Made by a program: the position numbers and the translations under genes. A stretch of DNA of 54,505 nucleotides from an uncultured Thermoplasmatales archaeon (lineage in GTDB: Archaea; Thermoplasmatota; E2; UBA202; DSCA01). The stretch spans positions 1-54,505 of the forward strand of contig CAZESS010000016.1 in assembly GCA_964514975.1 (NCBI GenBank), read 5' to 3'. A model generated the notes under the pieces. The model was given only the letters and a program-made list of their open reading frames with translations. It made no database searches and had not been told where the DNA came from. This document shows, one piece after another, positions 9,025 through 20,152 of this stretch; the stretch's first letter is position 1, and every line of letters begins with the position of its first letter.

Positions 9025-9444
9025 ATGACAAAACCCATAACAAAAATAAAGAAACTCTGGGAAGACAAGACCGGTGTGAGCCCCATCATCGCAGTAATTC
9101 TGATGGTGGCAATCACCGTGGTACTGGCAGCAACCATCTATGTCTGGGTCTCTGGCTTCGGAGGCGGAGGCACAGGAGCACCGAGCATGGCAATGACCGA
9201 CAACGCAGCCGCAGATGAGTTGCGGGTGACAAGCGCTGACTCCGACATCGCCTGGGCCGACATTTCCATCCAGGGCGGGCTAAGTCTATCCGATGTTACC
9301 GCTAGCGGTGGCACCACAGATGGATATGTCCAGGCCGGCGATACCATCGACTACAGCAGCCTAGGAGCAGGTACCCACGACATTACCTTGGTATACAACC
9401 CAGAGAACGCCGAAATCGGAACCTGGACAGTAACCATAAACTGA
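9025..9444 (+). CDS. Archaeal type IV pilin (class III signal peptide, DUF1628/Pilin_N-like)
   Basis: Charged leader ending EDKTG, followed by VSPIIAVILMVAITVVLAATIYVWV, a Gly linker and a small globular domain. Confidence 0.92.
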   Translation: MTKPITKIKKLWEDKTGVSPIIAVILMVAITVVLAATIYVWVSGFGGGGTGAPSMAMTDNAAADELRVTSADSDIAWADISIQGGLSLSDVTASGGTTDGYVQAGDTIDYSSLGAGTHDITLVYNPENAEIGTWTVTIN

Positions 9445-9463
9445 AGGTAGAAACAGGAATAAA

Positions 9464-9510
9464 ACCTCTCTCCTCCCCCCTTTTTGTTTTCTTTTTACTC
9501 GTTTTTGTTT
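9464..9510 (+). terminator. Pyrimidine/oligo-T archaeal terminator after the pilin gene
   Basis: CCTCTCTCCTCCCCCTTTTTGTTTTCTTTTT...TTTTTGTTT just downstream of the stop. Confidence 0.6.
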
Positions 9511-9574
9511 GCCATCTTAGCCATCCAAAATTTTTCGCCTGATATTTATAACACCTGCAACATAGTACATTTGG

Positions 9575-11236
9575 ATGAAGATTAGACTGAAGCCGCTCCA
9601 TTACCTGATTATCGCCTTCGTAACCATCTCAATTGTGAAACTCGTGATATCTCTGTTCCGGTCGACACCATGGATAACCTGGGACGAACTAGCTTATATC
9701 GACGGAGCTGAGCAGATATTTCACGGCCATCCAATATTGATGACCCATACCGATTACACGCATGCCTACCCGGCAGGATACTCATATTTCATCGCGCCAG
9801 CCTTCGCATTGGGAGACATTGGCACCGTCTACTCAGGGATGCTCGCCATCAATGCGTTTCTTTCAACAGCGATAATTTTCCCGGCGTTTTTTATCTCCCG
9901 ACGCTTCCTCGACGCCAAAACATCGGTGCTTCTCTCCGCAGTCATCGCCGTTCTTCCGGCGATAACGCTGCATAGCTTCGCGGCGATGAGCGAAAACGCG
10001 TTTGTGCCGGTGTTTTTGCTGTCAGCCTGGCTTGTCATGAAATCGTTTTCCGATGAATGGCAGGGACACAAAAAAATCATAGGTGACCTCGCCACTGGTT
10101 TTTCAATAATGCTCCTTGTCTTCATCAAGGCCACCGGTGTAGCGATGGTAGCGGCCTTGTTTTCCCTTGTTTTGTTTCAAATCTTCCGAGAGAAAAGTGT
10201 CAAAACCATATGGGATAAAATTTTGGTTTTGCTGCCCTTTATCGCCGCCATTCCCGTCGGCCTGTTCGCATGGTGGTCAGGAACCATTGGAGCCGGATAT
10301 AACATTCCTTCATATTTGACAAGGTTATCCAGCCCTTTCACAGACTTCCATTCATTCATTGCCTTTTTCCGGGTGCTGCTCAGCGAAATCGACTATTATC
10401 TGTTTGCAAGCTATTTCTTCTTCGGCGTTTTCACCCTGTTTTTTGTATGGAAACTAAAAAAAGATAGCAACAAAAATAGAGACGCATCCATCGTTTTTTC
10501 TGTCTATGCACTCGCAACGGCGTTTTTCTTAGCGCTTATAACCACTGTCCACATTTACGGGTCGGTCCTGACCGTATACTCCAGATATGTATATCCTGTT
10601 GTTCCTGTGTTTTTTATCATGGGGGCTATCGGCATCAAGAAATATTTGGAGCGTCCGTCTCCTAAGACAACAAAAGCTATAGCCGTGGTTTTTCTCTCGG
10701 CTGTTGGACTGTTCTGGGCGACGTTTCCGCTCAAGGGAATTAAACTTGTGAACAATCTCGATATCTACAATATCTACATGGCTCGTCCTGATGTATTTGT
10801 GTCAAGGATAACCTTTCCTTTTTTTGTCATGATCGCGCTGCTCATGGCGGTTTTATTTGTGGCATTTATCTATTTTCATCCAAAACTTAGAACGGTTTTG
10901 GTTGCCGTGCTTCTCGCCTCGGTGGCATTGACCGCACCAGCCCTCCATCTACAGTCCCCGGTTGAAATAAAAGAGAAAGAAGACAACCAGATAGTGACAT
11001 GGCTCTATGATAATGGAGCGGATAAGGTGGTAATGGACTCCTCATATCGGGGGCAGATGGAAGCAGCAAATCTCGAAAAGCAACTCGTTTTTTGGTGGCG
11101 GGGCGACATCGTCCATACAGATGTCAACAACACTGGCAGCATAGGGTATTTTCTTTCGCCCGACAACTACAGCTATTCCATTGTGGCGGAGGAAAAAATC
11201 ATCTGGAACACCTGGTATCTCTACGATTTACAATAG
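9575..11236 (+). CDS. Polytopic GT-C-fold glycosyltransferase (PMT/ArnT/GT39-like)
   Basis: Many TM helices; WDELAY in the first external loop; YPAGYS, MSEN, KATG and RYVYP motifs. Visibly AT-richer than its flanks; TTTATAA box upstream. Confidence 0.75.
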   Translation: MKIRLKPLHYLIIAFVTISIVKLVISLFRSTPWITWDELAYIDGAEQIFHGHPILMTHTDYTHAYPAGYSYFIAPAFALGDIGTVYSGMLAINAFLSTAIIFPAFFISRRFLDAKTSVLLSAVIAVLPAITLHSFAAMSENAFVPVFLLSAWLVMKSFSDEWQGHKKIIGDLATGFSIMLLVFIKATGVAMVAALFSLVLFQIFREKSVKTIWDKILVLLPFIAAIPVGLFAWWSGTIGAGYNIPSYLTRLSSPFTDFHSFIAFFRVLLSEIDYYLFASYFFFGVFTLFFVWKLKKDSNKNRDASIVFSVYALATAFFLALITTVHIYGSVLTVYSRYVYPVVPVFFIMGAIGIKKYLERPSPKTTKAIAVVFLSAVGLFWATFPLKGIKLVNNLDIYNIYMARPDVFVSRITFPFFVMIALLMAVLFVAFIYFHPKLRTVLVAVLLASVALTAPALHLQSPVEIKEKEDNQIVTWLYDNGADKVVMDSSYRGQMEAANLEKQLVFWWRGDIVHTDVNNTGSIGYFLSPDNYSYSIVAEEKIIWNTWYLYDLQ

Positions 11237-11537
11237 TCTGACATATCTATATTTCCCTGTGGCTCGACGGAGAACAAGAAAAAAGGCCGGTGCCTTTCTC
11301 TCTCCCATCTTGCCTGCCGTTTTTGCTGGAGCCATCCAGATGACATTATTCCAGTTCGTTCCGATGGCTACGTATTCGCTCCTCGTCTATCGCGCATGCG
11401 AAGGAGCATATCCCCCCGTGGTATCCCGACGCATCCATCTGTAGGTGGAGGTACATAACATAGTTTTTCAATTATTTACGGTGTCATCCACCCAGGCCAC
11501 AAATGTTAACTACGCCCGTCGGATGCCCCCATGTATC

Positions 11538-12929
11538 ATGATCGATGAAGACCTTGCAGCCTACGCGCTCGAATGCGCCAGCCCTGTCGACTACGCTGAA
11601 AGCAGGATAGAAATGGCAAACGGTGGCGCCGTCATGCTGTCAAACGGCCAGGTTGAGGGAGCCGAGCAGACCGAGCAGCACGGCCTCTCCATCCGGGTGC
11701 TCGACAATGGCGCCATGGGCTATGCCGCCACCAACATCCTCACACGGCAGGCCATCCGGGACATGGTGACACGTGCAATCCGTCATGCCCGGCGGCAGCA
11801 TCCCGGACAGCGCATCGGGCTTGCAGACCACCCCGGAAAGACAGCCCGCCGGGAGGTTTCCATGCAGCAGCGGTTTCCCGGCCCCGACGCCATGATAGCG
11901 TTCCTGCAGGATCTCGATGGCATCGCTGCAGAGCATGCCGTCTCCCGGCTGTTCACCATCGAACACACGACCAACCATCGGTATTACCAGAACACCGACG
12001 GCGCATCCATCACATCCATCATCCCGCGGCTCTCCCTCCACTACCTGGTCACCGTCGCGCAGGATGGCGGCACGGAGCAGATGAACCGGCAGTATGGGAG
12101 CACCGGGGGCTGGGAGCACGCGACCCGGTGGAACGTCGACGAGACGCTTACCCATGACCTCTCGTTTCTCAGGCGGCTGCTCCGAGAGGGCACAACCCCG
12201 CCCGAGGGAACCATCGACCTCGTCGTCGGCCCCTATGTCAGCGGCATCATCGCCCACGAGTCCTGCGGGCATCCCTTCGAGGCTGACCGCATCCTCGGCC
12301 GGGAGGCAGCCCAGGCCGGCACCTCCTTCGTCAACCCCGACATGCGGGACACGCGCATCGGCAGCCCCACGGTGTCGGTCGTCGACGACCCCACGATACC
12401 CGGCAGCTACGGCCACTACAGCTATGACGACGAGGGCATCCCCGCCACCCGGCGATACCTGATCAAAAACGGCGTCATCAGCAGCTTCCTCCACAACCGG
12501 GAAACCGCCCATGCCATGGACACGGCAAGCAACGGAGCGGCTCGCGCCGCCAGCTACGACAGAGAGCCCATCGTCAGGATGGCCAACACCTACATCGAAC
12601 CCTCCGACCACACGTATGAGGAGCTCATCGAGGACGTCGACCACGGCATCTACATGGCCACCTTCATGGAATGGAACATCGACGACCGCCGGTACAACCA
12701 AAAATATGTCGGCGAAGAGGCATACCTCATCATCAACGGCGAAATCAGCCATCCCGTCAGGCATCCCGCCCTCGAAATCACCACGCCCACGCTGTACCAG
12801 TCAATCGACGCGGTCGGCGACACCCTGGAGCTTTATCCGGCGACATGCGGCAAGGGCGACCCCATGCAGGCCATCCCCGTCACCACCGGCGGGCCATCGC
12901 TCCGGCTCAGGGAGGTACGCGTCCGATGA
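11538..12929 (+). CDS. tldD: TldD metalloprotease (catalytic subunit)
   Basis: AHESCGHPFEAD zinc motif, DDEG, RMANTY, CGKGDPMQ. Start set at MIDEDL (ORF track start 11445). Confidence 0.92.
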   Translation: MIDEDLAAYALECASPVDYAESRIEMANGGAVMLSNGQVEGAEQTEQHGLSIRVLDNGAMGYAATNILTRQAIRDMVTRAIRHARRQHPGQRIGLADHPGKTARREVSMQQRFPGPDAMIAFLQDLDGIAAEHAVSRLFTIEHTTNHRYYQNTDGASITSIIPRLSLHYLVTVAQDGGTEQMNRQYGSTGGWEHATRWNVDETLTHDLSFLRRLLREGTTPPEGTIDLVVGPYVSGIIAHESCGHPFEADRILGREAAQAGTSFVNPDMRDTRIGSPTVSVVDDPTIPGSYGHYSYDDEGIPATRRYLIKNGVISSFLHNRETAHAMDTASNGAARAASYDREPIVRMANTYIEPSDHTYEELIEDVDHGIYMATFMEWNIDDRRYNQKYVGEEAYLIINGEISHPVRHPALEITTPTLYQSIDAVGDTLELYPATCGKGDPMQAIPVTTGGPSLRLREVRVR

Positions 12930-14230
12930 TCCAGCACGCCATCCGCATCGCATGCAGGGCGGGCATGGACGACGTCATCGCCCGAATGGAGGAACACCGT
13001 GAAGCGCAGATAAAGTTCCACGACAACAGCATCTCCATCATCAAGGACTGGCACAGCCGACGGCTCAGCCTGTTCATGGCAGCCGACAAAAAAATATTTC
13101 ATCTCACGCTGGAAAACCCGGATCGCGACGCCGTCACCCGGGCCATCACACACGCCGGGGACATCATCCCGCTGCTGACATCGAAAAAACGCTACCATGG
13201 CATCGGCCGGCAGCGGATGACACCCCGTAGCGAGGCGCGATATAGCGCCGATGTCATCGACACCGAACGGCTCGTCGACGTCGCACATGATGCCATCGAC
13301 GGGGCGCTCGAGCAGGCCGACCATGTGGCGGGTGTCCTTTCGGCGGGGACGGAGCACATCGACCTTGCCACCTCGGAGGACATCAATGCCAGCGACACCA
13401 ACAGCCGCATCGCTCTCTCCATCCGGGCGTTCAAAAACGACGGCTCGGGCCATGCGGTCAGATGCGTCCGGACGCCCGACGGCCTTGACGGAAATGCGGG
13501 TGGTGAGGCGGCGCGTGACGCATGCCGGGCCGGTCGTCCACGGCAGGGTGAACGCGGCACCTATGACATCGTTTTTTCCAGCCTTGCCCTGGCCAACATC
13601 ATGCAACATGTTGCGGCCATGGCATCCGCGTTCTATGTCGACAGCGGCATGTCGTTCCTCGCCGACGGGCTTGGGCAGCAGGTGGCCGGCGAGCGTCTCA
13701 CCATACGTGACAGCGGCGTCCATCCCGGGGGCATCGCCTCACGCGCCTTTGACGACGAGGGCATCGCGACGGGTGAAACAGCCATCATCGACCAGGGCGT
13801 CCTTGCATCATTTCTGCACAACACCTCGACCGCCCGGGAGCATGACACGGCTACCACGGCCAACGCTGGCCTGGTCGCGCCACATCCATGGAACGTCGTC
13901 GTCGCCCCCGGAGACGGGTGCATGGAGGAAATGATATCCGGGGTCGAGCACGGCCTCCTGGTCACCAACACCTGGTACACGCGGTTCCAGAACTACCGCA
14001 CCGGCGATTTTTCCACGATTCCCCGCGACGCCGCCATTGTCATCGACCACGGCGAGCTCAGCCATGCGATAACGGGTATCCGTATCAGCGACGCCATGCC
14101 ACGGCTGCTCGGCAGCATTGACATGCTCGGGCGGGAGCAACGGCAGATACACTGGTGGGAGGTCGAAACCCCGGTGTTCACCCCGGCGGCGCTCGTGCGA
14201 GACGTGCCCGTCACCCGGTCGTTCCGGTAG
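12926..14230 (+). CDS. pmbA: TldE/PmbA partner subunit
   Basis: ATGA overlap with tldD; FDDEG, TTANAG, GDFSTIPRD; lacks HExxxH. Confidence 0.88.
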   Translation: MIQHAIRIACRAGMDDVIARMEEHREAQIKFHDNSISIIKDWHSRRLSLFMAADKKIFHLTLENPDRDAVTRAITHAGDIIPLLTSKKRYHGIGRQRMTPRSEARYSADVIDTERLVDVAHDAIDGALEQADHVAGVLSAGTEHIDLATSEDINASDTNSRIALSIRAFKNDGSGHAVRCVRTPDGLDGNAGGEAARDACRAGRPRQGERGTYDIVFSSLALANIMQHVAAMASAFYVDSGMSFLADGLGQQVAGERLTIRDSGVHPGGIASRAFDDEGIATGETAIIDQGVLASFLHNTSTAREHDTATTANAGLVAPHPWNVVVAPGDGCMEEMISGVEHGLLVTNTWYTRFQNYRTGDFSTIPRDAAIVIDHGELSHAITGIRISDAMPRLLGSIDMLGREQRQIHWWEVETPVFTPAALVRDVPVTRSFR

Positions 14231-14320
14231 CCGGTTTTTTTCCACGGTGCAGCTACGCGCTAATCTCCTCGCTGCCCGGGGAGCGATGCTGCCTGTAATG
14301 CACCCTCAAAAAAAGAATGA

Positions 14321-14347
14321 TTTAAATAGGATAACCTCCTTTATAAA
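14321..14347 (+). promoter_or_regulatory. TATA-like boxes upstream of the first surface-protein gene
   Basis: TTTAAATA (14321) and TTTATAAA (14340) precede the ATG at 14373. Confidence 0.5.
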
Positions 14348-14372
14348 AAATAGGATATAGGGAGACGTTAAC

Positions 14373-17300
14373 ATGACCCAAAAAAACATGTGTTTTAAAC
14401 GAAGTATTGTAGCGATAGCCGGGATAATCGGAGTTGTGGCCCTGCTCGCCATCGTCGGGCAGGCTCAGGCGGCCACCCACTATGTCGACCCCGGCGACAG
14501 CATCCAGGACGCCATCAACGCCGCCAGCGACGGAGACAACATCATCGTCAACGACTCGACATACACCGAAAACATTATCGTCAACCAGACAGGGCTGGCC
14601 ATCCAGTCCAACAACGGCAGCGTCAGCTGTATCGTCGATGCCGGCGGCGCCATCGGGATAAACATCACGGTGAACAACACCCTCGTTGAGGGATTCACGG
14701 TGCGCAACGGCTCCCGCGGCATATCCGTTCACAACGATTCCTTCACCGTCAAGAACGTCACGATAGACAACTGTACCATATACAATTGTACCTATGACTT
14801 CGGGTACGGCATTTATTGTGACGGCGTTACCGAAAGCACGATAAACAACACGCAGGTAAACGACACACGATCCGGTGTATATCTATCTTCAACGAGTTAC
14901 AGCAACATTACGGGCAACAACATCACCAGCAACTCTCAAGAAGGCATCCACCTCTATGAATCCGACAACAACAACATTACGGGCAACAACACCATATACA
15001 GCAACACCGCCCATGGCATATGGCTGTATAACTCCGACGGCAACAACATCTCGGGCAACAGCATTTACGACAACAGCAACGGAATCATGCTGTCCGGCAC
15101 CGGCAACGCCAACAACGATATTTACTACAACAATATATATGACAACACCGATGGCATTGATTCTACAAGCGGTCCTCCATCATCAACCATAAACGCCACC
15201 CGCAACTACTGGGGAGATGCACGCGGACCATATAATCCCACCACCAATCCATCGACAACCGGGGACAGCGTCATCGACGAGGTGGCATACTGCCCATGGC
15301 TGGACGCAGCACATCCCGGTGGGAGCCCGGTCGGCAAGGTCCAGAACACTAACACCGGGAATTATTTCTGCACCATACAGGATGCGATAGACGCCGCCGT
15401 GGATGGACACATCATCAAGGTAACCCCCGGGACATATGTCGAAAACCTTGTCATCAACAGGGAAATACAGCTCATCGGCGATCCAATTATCGACGGCGCC
15501 GGCGGGATAGCGATAACCGTGGAAACGAATAATACGCTCGTGGAGAACATGACCATCACCAACTGCTCCACGGGTATCTATGTACACAATGTATCCTTTA
15601 CCCTCCAAAACGTGACTTTGAACAACATCACCGTGGACACACTGCTTGGCCCAGTGGACAACGGCACCATCTTCGAGAATGTTAATAACAGCTGGATGAA
15701 CGACACCAGGATTTACAATGCAAGCTCCTTCGCCGCCATTCTCGACACATCCAGCAATATCACCATAGAGCAGAGCAACTGGTCACATAACAGCCATGGC
15801 GTATGGGCTAGTGGTTCCGATAATAACGTCATCCGCGACAATGGCCGATGCATAGACAACAATCAGTATGGTATCTATCTCATGGGAAGTGACGGCAACA
15901 GGATACGCAACACCGACTTCATGTCAAACACCATTTTCTACGGCATCTACCTGCAGGGGAGCGACAACAACATCATCGAAAACACCAACTGCAGCAACAA
16001 CGGCAAAGCAGGTATTTATGTCAGCGGCGGCTCTACCGGTAACCAGTTTTTAAACAATACGTTTTCATCCAATGGCGTAATGGATTTGAATGTGAGCAGC
16101 AGCCCCGGCAACACATTTACGAACAACACTGTTTCTTCATATCCCACCACCTTCGATGTCACCTCGTACAGCGGCAACTTCAACATAAGCGGCGTAGACA
16201 ACCCGCCGGCTATGCCGACAGGTGTAGGCAACATCTCCAAATTCCTGAATATCTCGCTTACAGGAGAATGGATCAATGTTACTATCTGCTATGAGGATGC
16301 CAATCTTGTCGAACCCTCCAACGAAGACACCATGGTCATCTGGAAACACAACGGCACCGGCCCGTTCAACGGCTGGCACAAGTACGGCAGCTGGTATGCG
16401 GACCGGGGCATCGACACCGTAGCAAACGAGACATGGGTGAACATCACCGACAGCGGCAGCGTGTTTGCCCCGCTACAGGACACCGAGGCACCACAGTCCT
16501 CATGTACCGTTGCCGGTCCATACTGGAACAACACGGGTGCGGTTACCGTCGAATGGGATGCCAGCGACAACGTCAACCTGTCAACGGTTCGCATCTATCT
16601 TCGCCATAGCCCCGACAACAGCTCGTTCGGGACCTGGCAGCTGTACACGACCATCCATGTCAATGGCACCTCTGCCAGCGGGTCACAGCATGTAAACCTC
16701 AACCATGGCGAGGGCGTCTACCAGTTCGTGACCAACGCTACCGACGACGCCGGCAACCATGAGGGCATTACCCCATATGACGACGAAATCGGCTACGACG
16801 ACACGCCGCCTGTAACCACGAAAATCGTTGGTTCTCCATCCTATGGCCCGGATAATTTGTGGGTGAACCTTTCCACCGATATCACGCTGTCCGCCATGGA
16901 TTTCAAGGACAATGCCAGCGGTGTGGCCGCGACCTACTACCGTATCTGGAACAGCGACGGTTGGCATCCCAACGCCACTGATGACTCCTATTGTACCAAC
17001 CAGAATATCACCGTGTACAACGGCACCCGCTATTTTGTCTATTACAACGCCAGCGTGGACTTTGGCCCCATCCAGTTCTGCGAGGAATGCGAGCATCAGA
17101 TCGAGTTCTATAGCGTCGACAATGCAACCAACGAAGAAACACCACACAACATTCAACCGCATAATGTCGACGACACGCCGCCAGAGGTAACCAAGGAGTA
17201 CGGACAGCAAAATTATGTTAACGGAACTGGCGCCCTGTTTATCACCAAGGACACGCCTATCTATCTCAATGCCACGGATCTGCCGGAGGCGCCCTGCAAC

Positions 17301-19973
17301 GTGAGCAGCTACCAGATATTCTACCGGGTGTGGAGCAGCACCTACGGCATGAGCAACTGGTATAATGGGGTGGAAAACGAGAGCGTGGAATTCAATATGA
17401 GCGACCTCGGATATGCCGACAACTGCACGCATTACATCGAATATTACGCCGTGGACGACCTCGGAAACAATTATACCGAACCATTAAATCAGACCGTGTA
17501 TGTTGACAACGTTGCACCTGATTTCAATGTCTCCGTGGGCAATCCTAACTGGACGGCGGCAGGACCCAACGCCTATTTTGTCACCAATCACACACCGGTA
17601 TGGATAAATGCCACAGACAACGGGACGGAGCCATGCATCGTTGAATCAGTTAACCTGACCGTCACCGTCGAATATGAAGGGGGGTTGATACACGATGAAT
17701 GGCAGTATGTGGAAGACGGCTGGGCGAGCATCTGCCTCAACCCGGCGGTACTCTTTGCGGACAACTGCACCCATTATGTCAACATCACCGCTGTCGACAA
17801 CCTGGGCAACACCGCCGTGCTCAACTACACCTTCTACGTGGACAACATAGCGCCGGATATTAACGAAACCCTTGGGGAACCACAGTACATAGTTGAGGGG
17901 GGTAGAGATATTCTCTCTGAAGATTTCGAGGGGACGTTCCCTCCGACAGAGTGGACAGTTATCAATAATGGTGGTAATTGTGTATGGCAAAGGAATGATG
18001 TCACAGGAAGAACCAATTATGCAGGAGGAAATGGATACTGTGCTGTTGCAGACTCCGACTGGTGTGGCTCCGGCACAACGATGGACACCGAATTATGGAC
18101 ACCATCATTCAGTTTGGCCGGATTTACCTCAGCGACATTGGAATTTATCGCATCATATAATTATCTCTCCGGTAGTGAGTACGCAGAGGTTGACATAAGT
18201 ACGGATGGAGGAAGCACATGGGCCAATTTACTCCACTGGGCTGAAGACCACGACGACTATGGGCCAGGCGAACTTGTTACACTTGATTTAACGCCATACG
18301 TTGGCAACAGCACCTGTATGATACGGTTCCACTATTATGCACCCGACTGGGACTGGTATTGGGAGATAGATGACGTTAATATTTCCGGTAAGAGACCTGG
18401 CGCGGGTACTTACATCACCAGCGACACGCCTATCTGGGTGAACGCGACGGATAATGGAACCACGCCCGAGTGCACTGTTAGCTCGGTGAACCTGACCGTT
18501 GACGTGTACTATCTCGACGGCGAGATACATACCTATCACTATGACAACGTGACCGATGGATGGGCGCAGATACTGTTCACCATCCCCGAGGACTGTGTCC
18601 ACTGGATAAACATCACCGCGATAGATGACCTAGGGAACACGGCCTGGCACAACCAGACCGTGTATGTTGACAACGTTGCGCCGGATTTCAATGTTACCGT
18701 TGGCAATCCTAACTGGACGGCTGGCCCGGATGCCTACTATGTCACCAATCATACGCCGGTGTGGATAAACGCGACCGACAACGGAACGGAGCCATGTATC
18801 GTTGGCTCGGTGAACCTGACCGTGACCATTGAATACCAGGGAATCGAGATATACAATGTCTCCGACTATGTCGAATACATGGGTGAATGGGCGCATGTGA
18901 TGCCGGACCCGGCGGACGTATTTGCGGACAACTGCACGCATTACATGAACATCACCGCCATCGACGATCTCGGCAACACCGCTCTCTACACTGTGGTGTT
19001 TTATGTGGACAACGTGGCGCCGGTTTCAGCAATAGAGCAGCCTGACCCGTATTGTCGGAATGTGACCGACAGCAATCCATTGCAGATAAACGGATCGGTG
19101 GTTGATTTGCCGGACAACGTGTGTGCGTCGGGCGTGTACAATGTGTCGTTGTGGTATCGGTATGCCCGCTACAATCATTCGTTCACCGACTGGATACACC
19201 TCGCCACAAATACGACGGAGGCAGATGACTGGCAGTATCTGTTTACGGCGCCCAACGGCTCCGGCTATTACCAGTTCTATACGGCTGCCTATGACAACCT
19301 GGGTAACCATGAGCTGCCGCCGAACGGGACATCGATGCCGAAGGCGCTGGTGAGCGTGTCCTACAATCATTCCTTCGACCTGTATTTCAATGCGACCAGG
19401 GATAAGGGATGGAACTGGATGACGCTGCCGGTGAAGCATCCTGATATACTGACGGCGAGCGATCTGGCCATGTATATCAACATGTTTGAGCCGGATGTCT
19501 GCAACATGATTTCTGTCTGGGATCCGGTGGGGCAGATGTATCGGACCTATGTGCATCCCTACAGCATGGGGACGGTGGATGATTTCGTGTTCGAGTATGG
19601 GCAGGGTTTCATGGTGCATGTCCGGGAGAACGTGACCGTGTACATGGAGGCCTGCCTGATCGAGTACGACGAGATCGGCTTCAGGTTGTATGATAGCTGG
19701 AACGTGGTCGGCTGGACCTGTCTCGAGAGTACGGACATGCGGCAGCTGGGCGAAAACGTCTCTGACACCCTGAAGCTGATGAGCTATGATGCGGTGCAGC
19801 AGTTGTACGGGCCGGCGTTTTTCCTTGATCCGCCTCCATGGGCGATGGGGCTGCCGCCAGAGTCCATAGCGATTGGTGAGGCAGTCTTTTTGATGCGGTA
19901 TGACCCGGATGATGCGGTGCCGTCGATGAGCTGGCAGGGCGGCCGCGAGTTCCTCGCACTGCCGCCGCCATAA
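14373..19973 (+). CDS. 1866-aa secreted surface glycoprotein: NosD/CASH-like beta-helices, Ig-like stalk repeats, one inserted cleaved-adhesin-like domain, C-terminal duplicated GWN-type domain
   Basis: Signal peptide; SIQDAINAA..GD and GIYL..S..N.I..N repeats; D(N/D)xxP-delimited Ig repeats; EDFEGTFPP...IDDVNI jelly-roll insert; GWNWMTLPV and LYDSWNVVGW; many N-x-S/T sequons. Confidence 0.85.
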   Translation: MTQKNMCFKRSIVAIAGIIGVVALLAIVGQAQAATHYVDPGDSIQDAINAASDGDNIIVNDSTYTENIIVNQTGLAIQSNNGSVSCIVDAGGAIGINITVNNTLVEGFTVRNGSRGISVHNDSFTVKNVTIDNCTIYNCTYDFGYGIYCDGVTESTINNTQVNDTRSGVYLSSTSYSNITGNNITSNSQEGIHLYESDNNNITGNNTIYSNTAHGIWLYNSDGNNISGNSIYDNSNGIMLSGTGNANNDIYYNNIYDNTDGIDSTSGPPSSTINATRNYWGDARGPYNPTTNPSTTGDSVIDEVAYCPWLDAAHPGGSPVGKVQNTNTGNYFCTIQDAIDAAVDGHIIKVTPGTYVENLVINREIQLIGDPIIDGAGGIAITVETNNTLVENMTITNCSTGIYVHNVSFTLQNVTLNNITVDTLLGPVDNGTIFENVNNSWMNDTRIYNASSFAAILDTSSNITIEQSNWSHNSHGVWASGSDNNVIRDNGRCIDNNQYGIYLMGSDGNRIRNTDFMSNTIFYGIYLQGSDNNIIENTNCSNNGKAGIYVSGGSTGNQFLNNTFSSNGVMDLNVSSSPGNTFTNNTVSSYPTTFDVTSYSGNFNISGVDNPPAMPTGVGNISKFLNISLTGEWINVTICYEDANLVEPSNEDTMVIWKHNGTGPFNGWHKYGSWYADRGIDTVANETWVNITDSGSVFAPLQDTEAPQSSCTVAGPYWNNTGAVTVEWDASDNVNLSTVRIYLRHSPDNSSFGTWQLYTTIHVNGTSASGSQHVNLNHGEGVYQFVTNATDDAGNHEGITPYDDEIGYDDTPPVTTKIVGSPSYGPDNLWVNLSTDITLSAMDFKDNASGVAATYYRIWNSDGWHPNATDDSYCTNQNITVYNGTRYFVYYNASVDFGPIQFCEECEHQIEFYSVDNATNEETPHNIQPHNVDDTPPEVTKEYGQQNYVNGTGALFITKDTPIYLNATDLPEAPCNVSSYQIFYRVWSSTYGMSNWYNGVENESVEFNMSDLGYADNCTHYIEYYAVDDLGNNYTEPLNQTVYVDNVAPDFNVSVGNPNWTAAGPNAYFVTNHTPVWINATDNGTEPCIVESVNLTVTVEYEGGLIHDEWQYVEDGWASICLNPAVLFADNCTHYVNITAVDNLGNTAVLNYTFYVDNIAPDINETLGEPQYIVEGGRDILSEDFEGTFPPTEWTVINNGGNCVWQRNDVTGRTNYAGGNGYCAVADSDWCGSGTTMDTELWTPSFSLAGFTSATLEFIASYNYLSGSEYAEVDISTDGGSTWANLLHWAEDHDDYGPGELVTLDLTPYVGNSTCMIRFHYYAPDWDWYWEIDDVNISGKRPGAGTYITSDTPIWVNATDNGTTPECTVSSVNLTVDVYYLDGEIHTYHYDNVTDGWAQILFTIPEDCVHWINITAIDDLGNTAWHNQTVYVDNVAPDFNVTVGNPNWTAGPDAYYVTNHTPVWINATDNGTEPCIVGSVNLTVTIEYQGIEIYNVSDYVEYMGEWAHVMPDPADVFADNCTHYMNITAIDDLGNTALYTVVFYVDNVAPVSAIEQPDPYCRNVTDSNPLQINGSVVDLPDNVCASGVYNVSLWYRYARYNHSFTDWIHLATNTTEADDWQYLFTAPNGSGYYQFYTAAYDNLGNHELPPNGTSMPKALVSVSYNHSFDLYFNATRDKGWNWMTLPVKHPDILTASDLAMYINMFEPDVCNMISVWDPVGQMYRTYVHPYSMGTVDDFVFEYGQGFMVHVRENVTVYMEACLIEYDEIGFRLYDSWNVVGWTCLESTDMRQLGENVSDTLKLMSYDAVQQLYGPAFFLDPPPWAMGLPPESIAIGEAVFLMRYDPDDAVPSMSWQGGREFLALPPP
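16809..17089 (+). repeat. High-identity repeat, copy 1 (copy 2 at 24799..25079)
   Basis: Ungapped alignment at offset 7990 with scattered substitutions; encodes the VTTKIVGSPSYGPD...DFGPI Ig domain. Confidence 0.9.
19035..19300 (+). repeat. 266-bp exact repeat, copy 1 (copy 2 at 25522..25787)
   Basis: By-eye comparison shows no mismatch from GAGCAGCCTGACCCG to ATGACAACCT; off-frame ORFs 19102.. and 25589.. translate identically over this span. Confidence 0.95.
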
Positions 19974-20018
19974 AACCCCCTTCTTCCCTCTTCTCCCCTC
20001 TCTTTTTCTCTTCTTTTG
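19974..20018 (+). terminator. Pyrimidine-rich terminator
   Basis: CCCCCTTCTTCCCTCTTCTCCCCTCTCTTTTTCTCTTCTTTT immediately after the stop. Confidence 0.6.
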
Positions 20019-20152
20019 ACAGCGGCAAGCCCGCCCGCTTTCAGCGATGCCATCGGTGTCTAACACGGCGACAGCAGAAAGACAAAAAATAACTATTAAC
20101 CGTCTGCAACGCAAGCTTTTCCCGGATAGAGCAATTTTTAAACTACACAAAA

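Noticed and set aside
11240-11530. Short ORFs between the glycosyltransferase and tldD
   Set aside because: No recognisable motif or RBS; treated as intergenic.
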